The notes beneath the pieces were generated by a model, which did not search any database, had not been told where the DNA came from, and worked only from the letters and a program-made list of their open reading frames with translations. A DNA stretch of 64,000 bases from the human T2T-CHM13v2.0 reference genome, Homo sapiens: the NCBI RefSeq assembly GCF_009914755.1, contig NC_060929.1; one strand, written 5' to 3'. The translations under genes and the position numbers were made by a program. Positions 34,024 to 47,286 of this stretch are shown here, in pieces (positions within the stretch are counted from its first letter, which is position 1; each line of letters opens with the position of its first letter).

Positions 34024-35481
34024 AAAGAAGAAAGGTTAATACTTATACATTCTTAGAAGTATTGGGTCCACCTTTGATTTCCATTGAATGGGGTCATCTG
34101 TGTGATGAGAGGTATTATTCTGCCATCCTGGGAAAACCCGTGGGAAGCAGGGTGTGATTTCTTGGATCATCGAAAGCTCAGGCCTGTAGTCAGAACAAGT
34201 TGACTGCATGTTGGTTTTTCTGGACTCAACATAATACGCAGAACAGATCTATATAATGGGTGGTTTGCTCTGTGGACTTTCAGTTTTTCCTCTTTCCACC
34301 TGTTCAAAGTGCTGAGGATATATCAGTGCAAAGGAACATCCTGCAGAAGATTGTGACGGACACGCTATTTCACAGTTTAAAGAAATGGCTCCAAAGGAAT
34401 TGCAATTCACTTTACTATGCCCCTGGTTAAATCTAACTGACAGGTGCCGCCAAGCATTTAACTGGACCATAAACCAAACTGAGATCAAAGGATTCCCCCA
34501 CCTTCCCATACCACCCAGTTGAGAGTAATTCAGCAGCTCTGGGTACCTGACAGCTGGCCTTAGCCCCTCCCCGCACATAGTAAAGGACGAGGGAGAGCAA
34601 TGTGGTGTAAATGAGTCAAAAAAGCACCAGCGACTGGCTGTGAGTCACGCAGCGAGGGGATCGTACCCTTTGTTTCCTGCTTATAACCTGAACACTGTTA
34701 GACTCATCAGGGCTTCCTTTTCAAAAAGATACATGGTTCCCCTTTTCACATTTGTGGAGAGCTCAGGAGATGGGCTGAGGTCAATGGCGAGCTTGCTCCT
34801 CAGGAGAGTTCACCCCTGATTTTGGTTGCCTGTTCCTTCTTCTTTTGGATTGATGAAGAGCAAACCCACAGGATTTCATACTGGTGAGGCAGCAGCCTGG
34901 AGTGGCCCTCAAAGGAGGAAACTGGGTTCCAACCCCGGCAGTACTATCCCTCAGGGTGTGGCTGGGGAGACAGAAGCCACTTGATATATTGGAGGGTTTC
35001 ATATTGGATTTGCTGAACTGAAAGGGGCTAGGGGAGCAGAGGCCAAGGGCGCCCAGCCCTGCCTACTGGAGATCTCAGCCGCAGCGGGGAATCCTGGAGG
35101 CTGCTGCAGCATCATGCTCATGTAGTATTCTGTCTGCAGAGGTGGGCTGGGCTGGGGAGGCACCTCAGGTCTCATGCCTGCCCGACCCCAGAGTAATGTC
35201 CTTGCCACCTCTCTCCCATCCCAAATCTCAGGCAGTGCCACCCATTGGAAGTTTCTGTGCAAACCAGATGCCTGTGGAGATTCTGGGCCCAGGGCCCAGC
35301 TTCTCCATGATTCAGGTGTTCCTGGGGGGAGGTGATGCCAAGTTAAGGAGAGAGTGCATAGAAATGTCCACGAGGCCCCTGCAGCTGCGACAGTGGGGGC
35401 TGAAAGGAACATGCTTGAGTTGGAATGAATAAGTGGGGATTTCTGAGCACTGCGTCATCGGTGCATAAGAATGGGGACTGT

Positions 35482-35784
35482 GGCCAGACACAGTGGCTCA
35501 CACCTGGAATCCCAGCACTTTGGGAGGCTGAGGCAGGAGAACTGCTTGAATGCAGGAGTTTGAGACCAGCCTCGGCAACGTTGGGAGATCCCATCTCTAC
35601 AAAAAAAAATTTTTTTTTAATTAGCTGGGCATGATGATGCTCGCCTGTGAGCCCAGCTACTTGGGAGGCTGAGGAGGGAGGATCTCTTGAGCCCAGGAGG
35701 TCCACACTACAGTGAGCTATGATCGTGCTCCTGCACTCCAGTGTGAGTGACAAAGAGAGACTCCATCTCTTAAATAAACAAAAA
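35482..35784 (+). mobile_element. Alu (AluJ-like)
   Basis: Diverged full dimer. Confidence 0.9.
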
Positions 35785-35994
35785 GGATGGGAACTGGGTA
35801 CCCAGCACCTCCCCTGGGGTTCAGGAGGAGAGACTCGGGCAGATTGCTCATATTCCCAAGAGTTTCAGACCTCATCAGCAGGGGCCTGGATGGAGGTGGC
35901 AGCTCAGGGGAGGGTGCAGCAGAGGGAGAGAGGAAGGAAGCTCTTTCCACCAGGTGTGGTTGGTCACGAAGGAGTGAAATCTGAGCTTCGGGGA

Positions 35995-36222
35995 CAGTGG
36001 TTTTCACCTGGGGTGTTCTTGCCCCACCGATGGCGGTTTGGTGGTGTCTGGACACAGTTTTGGTTGTCACAACCTATGCGGGAGTGGGGGTGGTTGCTAC
36101 TGGCATCTATCGGGTAGAGACCAGGGATCTGCCTAGTGTCCTGCAGTGCACAGGGCAGTCCCCACAACCAAGAGTCATGCGGCCCCCTGTGCCGACTGTG
36201 CCAAGGCTGGGACGGACCCTGC
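35995..36222 (+). mobile_element. MER20 DNA transposon
   Basis: cagtggttttcacctgggg...ttttggttgtcacaac...ctactggcatct...gggtagagaccagggat. Confidence 0.75.
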
Positions 36223-36577
36223 TCCAGGACACTGAAGTGGGGGAGGGGGAGATGTACTCACACAAGGACTTATGAGCTAGCCGGCATCAGGTGGCATGGA
36301 CAGTTGACCCAAGAGGATGCTCTCCCACTCCATTTTGGTTTTCCATGGGAGAATCCTGGAAACAGCACTGTTGCTGTGACATTCTCCTTATTCACCATTA
36401 ACTGAGAGCACCATGGGCGTGCCTGGGAATGAGCAGAAAGTTAGATCCTTTTTGGAGGTGCAAGGTGAGAAAGGGGAGAAATCTGTGTTCTCTGAGACAT
36501 CTCCTTACCTGCTTTGCTTTATAGCTGAGGGCCTTGCCTGCGACACTCTGTGGGATGTGTGTGGGGGTAGGTAGTTA

Positions 36578-36578
<1 letters not shown>

Positions 36579-36626
<48 letters not shown>
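36579..36626. repeat. (AC)24 microsatellite
   Basis: Directly visible perfect repeat. Confidence 0.97.
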
Positions 36627-36628
<2 letters not shown>

Positions 36629-37192
36629 CGGCGGGGGGAGGGGTGGTGGTGGGTAAGGGTGGAGAGAGAGACTCCTGCTTCTGGGTGGGAACAGAGGGTG
36701 CCAGCGTGAATTGGCACTGTCCTATTGCTATGATGATGACTTTTTCCTCCCTGCAGCTCTGGAGCACTTGGAAGCGGTTCTGAAGCTCATTTGCAGCTTT
36801 GCATCTGTTTGCACGGGCGTCTCCTGCTGGGAGTTGAGGCTTCCTGCCCGCATTGGCTGTCTGAGGCTGCGCTCCCTACCTGCCCGCAGCGTCCCTGCCC
36901 CCCACATCCACCCCCAGTAGTGTGATGGGACAGCTCCTCCCTCGAGTGCTTTGCCGAAGGGGACCTGCAAGAACCCAAAACAGCAGCGCTGCAGCCAGGG
37001 TGGTGCCTTCTCCTTTCCTCTGTTTCCTGGGCTCCAGGAGAATTCTGTCTTGGGGTCCGAGAAAAACTCACACAGCAGACCGGCTGGCCCAGGGCTGACT
37101 CAGTGTTTCTTTCTCTCTCTAGGAAGGCCTGGCTGGAACCAGCACATTTTGTGGAAGTGGGAACCAATACACGTGTACACTTCTCTTTACAG

Positions 37193-37333
37193 GGCACGCT
37201 ATCATCACTAACTACTTGTTGAACTATTTCCCCGGTCTTGACCTTGAAAGGAGGAACGCGTTCGGGTTCACCGCCCTGATGAAAGCCGCCATGCAGGGTC
37301 GAACGGACTGCATCCGAGCCCTGATGCTAGCAG
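37193..37333 (+). CDS. ANKRD33B: ANKRD33B internal coding exon (141 nt; probably exon 3), ankyrin repeat
   Basis: ttctctttacAG acceptor and GTatg donor. Translates (G)[46 protein letters not shown](G). Phase 1-1, continuous with both neighbouring exons. Confidence 0.95.
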
Positions 37334-37758
37334 GTATGTCCACCTGTCCTGTGCAGCTTCCAGGGGCCCTGGGACACCAGAGTTGCTCCTTTATGGAATA
37401 TGTTTTGAGATTAATCGCTCCCATAGAAACAATGCCTAGTTGCTGCAATAAATAATAGTTTCTTCACTGACATATACTTCTGTAACTATCTGAGGTTTTA
37501 AAAAAGCCACAGCATTGGTTCCCTTCAGGACACCCCTTTCTGCTCCCTGCTGAGCTTTGCAGTGGGTGGCACCTTCCCTCACCTGCTGTTTTCCTCCTGC
37601 CCACCCATTCTACACCCCAAGTCCTGTCCATATCTGTTCCTCCTCAGAAAGGGGTGATCCCTTGGCTGTAAATGGCAAGACTGTGCTGTTGAAGGTGGGC
37701 GTAGGGATGGTGGGAACGGCCCAGGCCATCCTAGGTCACTGCTTGCTGGTGGGTGGCA

Positions 37759-38231
37759 TTGCATAGTAACGTTAGGAGGTGATGTGGAGTTGCATGTTAA
37801 TGTTGGGATGTGATGTGGAGTTGCATGGTAACGTTGGGAGGTGACGTGGAGTTGCATGGTGACGTTAGGAGGTGACGTGTTGCATGGTAATGTTAGAAGG
37901 CGATGTGGAGTTGCTTGTTAACGTTAGGAGGCAACATGTTGCATGGTAGCATTAGGAAGTAACATGGAGTTGCAGGGTAATGTTAGGAGGTGATCCGGAG
38001 TTACATGGTAACATTAAGAGGCAATGTGGAGTTGCATGGTAACGTTAGGAGGTGACGTGGAGTTGCGCGGCAATGTTAGCGGGTGACGCGGAGTTGCGCG
38101 GCGATGTTAGCGGGTGACGCGGAGTTGCGCGGCGATGTTAGCGGGTGACGTTGAGTTGTGTGGTGATGTTAGCGGGTGATGTGGAGTTGCGTGGTAATGT
38201 TAGGAGGCGACGTGGTATTGCATGGTGATGT
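37759..38231. repeat. 31-bp minisatellite (VNTR), about 15 copies
   Basis: Consensus ttgcatggtaacgttaggaggtgacgtggag. Two 28-bp variant units and three CpG-rich variant units. Confidence 0.95.
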
Positions 38232-38749
38232 GTGTGGCAATTTCCGTTTTCTATGCTGTGTCATAGAGTGGAAAATTCTCAGGCTATCAACCTGGATCAA
38301 CCCCTCTTTGTCTTTTGCGCCATCTTGGAGAACGCACTTTCCTGTTCCCATCTGTGAAATGGGAGTAATGACCTCTTTCTCCCTCACCTCCCTGAGGCTA
38401 AAATACAACAATACTTTATACACTCCTAGAGGCTATCCAGCTTCAATGAGCTACTAAGCTAAATGCCACACAACTAATAGCTTTAACTCTTTTCTTCACT
38501 CTGAAATAGAATCAATGATCATCCTTCGTGCAACCTCATCGGGTTATTTTGAGAATTAAGTGAGAAAATATGTGTCAAGCACATGTCGTGTTAGATTCAG
38601 TTAGCAGCTGACATCTCAGTGAATGTGCGATGCTGCTTTCACCATTACTTAATTCTGTTATTTTAATTTCTCTTTATTTTTGTTCTTGGCACTGGGTTCA
38701 GCCAGTCCTGCTTGGCACTGCAAGTTCCTGAAGAAGTGGATTTCCTCTC

Positions 38750-39575
<826 letters not shown>

Positions 39576-40549
39576 TGAAGTTTCTGTCATAACCTGTTGC
39601 CCATGACGGGACAGTCTTGATTCCAACCAGTGTGCAGCACCGCCCAGTCTGAGCCCGTCTGTTGTTTTTCTCGAGATCAATCTGGAGTTACAGGATTCAC
39701 AATTGCTTCAGATTTATCTTTCTTTTTGCTTTAACCTTAGGGGATTCTTTAGTCTTAGGAGATGCTATAATAAAAATAAGTTCAGTGAATGAGAATAGAG
39801 GCTTCAAAGATGAAAACTTTCTTGGAAATAAAAAAAACATAATTAAAAACGAGTCCTATCGATTGTACTTTTGATTCAGAGATGATAGTTTCATTTTAAA
39901 AAAATGAGATATCAGTTTCAACAGAGTTTCGGCCCTGCCTGCCCTCATCAATGAGAAATGGTTCCTACTAATTAAATGGTAATTATGTGATGCTTTTGTG
40001 TTTGGCGGGAGCTTCAGACACTTTTACTATTTCTGGATCTAGTTATAATTGGGCGTAGATGTTTGGTAATTGACTTTTTCAACTGAACATTTATGATGTC
40101 AGTCACATCACTGCACTTTCCCATTGAATTAATTTGAACTGCAAACCTTTTTTAGGTCAGTTGCCCTCTAATCACTCCGTTTGACTGCCGTGCTTTCTTC
40201 CCTGGGTCTCCTGGGGGTTTCAGGCATGTGTGACAGCATTTAGAGGATTCCAGAAACACCTTGCACATCTCTTGGAACGATGAGTCTGCGGGCAGTGGGT
40301 TTACTGCTGACATTGCTCTTCCCCCATCAGTTATTTGGATACAAATTTGGCATTAGATTTGAGACTCTCCCTCCCCTATTCTCCACTTTGCAAGCCCATC
40401 CCCCATCACAGTCTAGAACAATCCACGGATTATTGTCTGTGGGATCCTCTAGTGAGTCTCTCCCTGTCCTATACGAGGTACAGAGCAGGAGCTGAACAGA
40501 AACAGTCCAGGAGCCAGGACCCAGTTTCAAATTCATCTTCTCCACTTCC

Positions 40550-40740
40550 CATCTCTACACCTGCAGCCTGTCACTCACCTCTCTGGGCCCCAGTTTCCTC
40601 TTCTATAAAATGAGGCTAATGATAGCACCCACCGCAGGAAGGCGGGATGCGGATTGGGCAGGTTCACAACAGAACAGCCCTCGGGTGCATGCTGGGCTTG
40701 GAGAAGCCTTCGGACATGTTGGTTGTGATTATTGTTATTA
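40550..40740 (+). mobile_element. MIR fragment
   Basis: tcactcacctctctgggccccagtttcctcttctataaaatgaggctaatgatagcacc. Confidence 0.65.
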
Positions 40741-40884
40741 TTATGATTATTGGTGAGTTTATGTGTTCAATAGTTATCTGTTAAGTGAATGAAAAAATAT
40801 GGTTTGTTTTTCCCTTTGAGAAATATCTTGTAAATGAGATACTTAAACTTTCTTAATGAGGGTAGTAAGCCCCTACCTCAGGGT

Positions 40885-41227
40885 TTTTGTTTTTTGCTTT
40901 TTTGTTCTGTTTTTGTTTGTTTGTTTTGTTTTGTTTTGTTTTGTTTTGAGACGGAGTCTCACTCTGTCGCCCAGAGTGGAGTGCAGTGGCGCGATCTCGG
41001 TTCACTGCAATCTCTGCCTCCTGGGTTCAAGCAATTCTCTTGCTTCAGCCTCCTGAGTAGCTGGGACTACAGGCATGCACCACCACATCCAGCTAATGTT
41101 TGTATTTTTAGGAGAGACAGGGTTTCTCCATATTGGCCAGGCTGGTCTCAAACTCCTGACCTTGTGATCTGCATGCCTCGTCCTCCCAAAGTGCTGGGAT
41201 TACAGGTGTGAGCCACCGCACCTGGCC
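40885..41227 (-). mobile_element. Alu (AluS-like) with (TTTTG)n tail
   Basis: Reverse dimer. Confidence 0.92.
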
Positions 41228-41444
41228 AGGGGTTTCTTAATTTCAGCACTACTAACATGCAGAGCCAGATAATTCTTTGTTGTGGGGGCTGTCTTTCAAA
41301 TTGTAGGATTTTTAGTGGCATCCCTGGCCTCTACCCACAAGATGACTGTAGCACCTCTTCAGTTGTGACAACCAAAAATGTCTCTAGATGTTGCTCAAAG
41401 TCTCCCAGGTTGGGGGAAAAATTGCTTCCCATCGAGAACCACTG
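41228..41444 (-). mobile_element. MER20 DNA transposon
   Basis: cagcactactaacat...gccagataattctttgttgtgggggctgtc...gtgacaaccaaaaatgtctctaga...gagaaccactg. Confidence 0.8.
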
Positions 41445-41558
41445 ATATAAATAATTCAAATGGGAAAGGATATACAAAGTGAGAAGAGACATTTTCCCCT
41501 CTGTGTACTCTTCCTCGCTTGTTCTGTATTCCTCCCTCAAATAAAAGTGTGACATCTT

Positions 41559-41942
<384 letters not shown>

Positions 41943-42819
41943 TCATCTTCTACTATTACTACTAAGCTTACAGTTCTCCCAAGAAAAGTGGGCTTTATTT
42001 TCCTTTGACAGTAGATGGGTAAGAATTAAAAAAAAAAAAGAAGTGTTGAATTGCTTCCCCAGGATTAGTGGAGAGCAATAAGGACAGATGTTGATATATT
42101 TCTAAAATTCACACAAATATTTTAAGTCTTATTCTTTCCATTTAAATACGTGATATTAAGAAAAAAATAAACCATTTAAAGAAACTAATAGCCAGAGCCT
42201 TTCTTTTAGATTGACACTTCAGATTGTAATAAAAAGTATAACCGGGTTCTGAGAGGCTGATCGATTGCATCTTTGGTTTGGCTTCATAAGGAGTAATGCA
42301 GGCTCTGCTGAAGAGCATCACAAGGGAGTTGCAGAACCTTGTTAATTCACTGAAATATTAATGCCCACAGTGACAGGTCTATTTAAATAGGTGGCTCTGA
42401 GAAGCGTATCGAGGATGTGATTTTTTTCTGAAGAGAGGCAGAATCTGTGGAGGTTGCCAGGTTCCAGGCTTGCTTAAGGGAGCTCACTTTCAGACCTGAA
42501 GTGTGGTGTAACTGCCGCAGCCTTCAGGAAGCAAAAACAAGCAGCAATAACCTCAAATCTTCCTGTGATTCCAAGGAGCAAAGTGGATTTAAAGGACGGC
42601 GAGGAACAGAGATCAGAGATGCTCCCACTGTGGGTCAGAGGATTGCTCTTGTCTCAGGGAAGCCCTGATATCTCTTTCTGGAAAGTCAGATGATTTCCAA
42701 CCATATAGAGGTTTATTTCTGTTTATAAGGAAAACTTAAATTTCCTATGAAGTGTGAATTTGCCATGTAGAATTGTTTGAAGTCATTAGCCAGAGAAAGG
42801 ATGAAAAGTCAAGCATTCT

Positions 42820-43070
42820 GTGTCACCTGCAAAGCAAACCTCGAGACAAGGACTTGGGGGCAAGTAGTTTTGAGGGATGGTGGCCCCAGGAAGTGGAGTG
42901 AGGGGGCGGCAAGTGAGATTGGGAAGAATGGAAGCTAAGAAATGTCCACCAATGAGCAGGTTCCTCTTATGGGCAGCTGGGACTCAGACCCCCTGGACCC
43001 TCCACTATGAGGAAAAGATATCGCAGAGATGCTGGGAAGTTTATTTCCCAACTCCAGTGCCTCTTTGAGG
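42820..43070 (-). mobile_element. ERVL LTR (LTR33-like) fragment
   Basis: aagcaaacctcgagacaaggacttgggggcaagtagtttt...ccccaggaag. Confidence 0.5.
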
Positions 43071-43879
43071 GGAGATGAGAACTTTGAGCACACTTCCCAC
43101 CTGCTATGTGGCAGGGGTGGCTTGTCCTCCCTGCCGGGCTGGAGCACAAGCTCTTTCTTGGACCCTGCATCCAGATTTGTCATCCCGATTATACCCACAA
43201 TGCCCAAGATACAGGCTGGAGGTGGCACAAGGGGAGGCAGTGAGGGCTGGTCCACAGTGGTCTCCTGTGGCCAGGAAAGGCCCCCTGGCAAGAGGGAGAC
43301 CTGAGCTAGGGTTTGTAGGGTGGATAACATGGGGGTGGGTGGGGGCTGGTGGAGAAGCAGGAAAGGAAGTGACACATTCAGGGCTTCACGCTCCACCCAC
43401 CTCCTGCTAGTCCTGGGCCTGGCCATGGCTCCCAGAGAAAGCCTTCTTGAGAATGAGTGATGGAAAGTATAGATTTTTTTTTCCCATTAGCACCTGTTTG
43501 GAATGTTTTTGGCTGCAAGTAACAGAAATCCTGACTAGACAGTGGCTTAAAGAAAACAGGCCGCATTTCTCAGCTCCCTGGAAGTCTGAGGTTGGCAGTC
43601 ACCCTCCAGAGCTGGCCCTGGATTCCATGAGGACAACAGTGGTTTCCTCCTGTCCATTTGGCTCCCCTTAGCCTGTTGATCTGTCACCCCTTGATTCCAC
43701 GAGAATCACCCAATCTGTGTTTCAGACAGGAAGCTGCAGCAGCACCAACCATGCTGGTCCCTTTCGTCAGGAGGCAGAATCCTCTTTAGGGCTCAGTCAC
43801 CAGTGCTGGGTTGCTTGGCTACTTTTAGCTGTAAGGGAGGCTGGAAGAATGGGGAACAGGATTGCAGCCGTTAGATTCC

Positions 43880-44097
43880 AATAGTGATTCTCAGCTGGAG
43901 GTAATGTTGCCCCAGGGGACATTTGGCCACGTCTGTAGACATTTTTGGTTGTCAGAACTGGCGGACTGCTACTGGCATCTAGAAGAAGGTAGAGATCAGG
44001 GATGCCGTTAAATGTTCTCCAATGCACAGGACAGCCCACACCAAATAATTACCTGGCCTAATATGTCAACAGTGCTGAGGTTCAGAAGTCCTGGGTT
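43880..44097 (+). mobile_element. MER20 DNA transposon (inside an MLT1-like LTR at about 43495-44165)
   Basis: gccccaggggacatttggcc...gacatttttggttgtcagaact...ctactggcatctag...aatatgtcaacagtgctgagg. Confidence 0.8.
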
Positions 44098-45104
44098 AGA
44101 CTGATCGTGATGCGTTGCCAAGAACTGAGGATGTTGCTGCCTCAAGTGAAATAGAGGATTTTGTGTAGACTTAGAGCACTCAACAAGGCAGCGAGTGGAC
44201 CCATGGGTGGCAGCTCCACTTTTGTCCACATGATTGAGCCCTGGGCAAAACAACACTGGGTGGGAGATGACGATGCTGGGGGGTCTGCTGGCGAGAAGAT
44301 GGATACAGTGGCATTTCAGAAATCCTCTGTATTCTCTGGAAGGTATTTGTATAAAATGTTAATAATCGGTACTTATCTTTTATAATTTAATTGCTGTGTT
44401 CATGTCATTAATATAACCCTTTACAGTTGCTTCCTAAGGCAGCAGATCCCTAATTTATAGCATGACTCTGATTCTAGGGCTCAGTGGCCTTTGTTCCTTA
44501 GAATGTTTGTATTTTCTGAGATCATTTTGAAAAGATAGGTGAACATCAGGACGAAGAGTGCAAAACTTTGGACAGATCTTCCTCTGGTTTTCCATTAGCA
44601 TTTGAAAAATGTCTCTTTCAGGCAGTGTTCATTAAGATTTTAATTTTATAGTTTGTTCCTTTTTTAAGTGACATGCAATTAATTAAGGTTTAATGTGTCA
44701 TCTATTTTTTGCAATGACACTTTTACTGCCCCCTTTTCATTTTAGTCAGTTTATAAATTGTACTCTAGCTAATGAGTTCCATCCTGATATCCAGTTCCAA
44801 ATAATTACCACTCTTCTAATATGGCTATTCTTTAATGTGTCACAGAACTAAGATCCTTACCAGGCAAGCTCAGGTGAGCTGGGTCTGCCAGAGCCATGAG
44901 GCCACTGTGGGCCAACAGGCCAGGGCAGTGGCTGGGGACCCGACCTTCCTCAGTTCAGCACACGTTGATCAGCCATCACATGTCAGACTCCTGGGTCTGC
45001 ATGGGATATAAATGAAGAAGCGTCTGTCGGGTCCGGTCCCCTTTGAGCTCACAGACTAGATAATTGCCCTAGTTCTCCATGTTGCTTTGCTGGTGGAGAT
45101 ATGA

Positions 45105-45428
<324 letters not shown>

Positions 45429-45639
45429 CCCTCAATGATTTTTAACAGTATGTGGGACTGAGATTGGACCAAGATTAATTGAACAGCGATTCCGTATTAA
45501 TTTCTATACTACAACATTGAAATTTATGCAGATTTCATCAAGTTGAGTTGAAGTTTAACTTTGCAATATTTGGGGGCAGTGGGTGGACTGGGGAGATTTA
45601 TTAAGGGAGTGACTAGTGTCAGGGAGACTGTGTAAGGGG

Positions 45640-46025
45640 ACCTATCAGTCAACCAATAGGATGTGGATATCAAGAGATTTATTTTAAGGAATTGGCTGTG
45701 TGGTTTGGGGGGTTGGTGAGTCTGAAACTGGTGCGGTAGGCTCGAAGGCTGGAAACTCAGGCAGCAGTAAGTAGATGCCGCAGTCTTGAGGTGGAATTTC
45801 TTTGTTTCCAGGAAACCTTGGTCTTTGCTCTTAATGCCCTCAACTAATTGGGCGAGGCCCACCCGCATTATGAAGGGTAATCTCCTTGACTTAGAGTCAA
45901 CTGATTATAGATGTTAACCACAGCTGCAAAATACCTTTGGGGCAACACTTAGATCCATGTTTGATTAAATCACTGGGTATTCTAGCCTAGCCAAGTTGAC
46001 ATAGAAAACTAAAACTGACCATCAC
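45640..46025 (-). mobile_element. ERVL LTR (MLT2 family)
   Basis: gagatttattttaaggaattggc...gcctagccaagttgacatag...ctgaccatcaca. Confidence 0.8.
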
Positions 46026-46482
46026 ACCAGGACTGCCAGGTGGTAGGAAGTACATTAGACTGAGGTTAGGACACCCAAGTCTTAGACCCTCTCTCTGTTA
46101 CTAGCCCACAGCCACTGTGACTGCCATTCTTTTTGCAACAAGCCTTTTAAAAATTCATGCCCCCTACCCACCAGGATGAAACGTGTTGAGCAAACAAAAA
46201 TGAATTTTTCTATCCTGGAAAAGCCCACCATCGGTTAAAGGTAGACAGACCCCAGCCAGCTAGGCCGCAGTGGGAGAAGCGAAGGAACCACCCATTTCCC
46301 ACAGTCCAGGACCCATGGCAGTCCTCAAGAGTGAGACCACAGCTGGGGTGCCACCACTTTGCAAGTGACTGTTACTGGTCATATTTTTAGAACTTTCTAG
46401 CCACAGCATTCAAGTATGCAAGGCAGCTTTGTTGTCTGGTCATCTCTCCATTGATGGAAAGCTATAGGATCTTATTTCTTTA

Positions 46483-46829
<347 letters not shown>

Positions 46830-46832
46830 TCA

Positions 46833-47107
<275 letters not shown>

Positions 47108-47286
47108 CCGCCTTCCGGCGCTCAGATGAGCACAGGGTTCGCAGAGTGAACTAGGTGCAGTCTGTTAGGAGGCTTGGGGCCAGGGGTGGGGGGTGGGGGC
47201 AGTTTTGCCTTTGCCCCAGGCTCTGCCTGGGAGGGAAGAGTCCTTGTTGCCGCCACCCACTTCTGTTTGTGTTTTGCGTTTTGCAG

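Noticed and set aside
37759-38231. CRISPR-like array
   Set aside because: The units are contiguous with no unique spacers, no cas genes are present, and the context is human. It is a minisatellite.
47193-47286. N-terminal 31 aa of the 313-aa ORF as a real start
   Set aside because: This is intronic sequence including the polypyrimidine tract; coding begins at the AG acceptor (47287).
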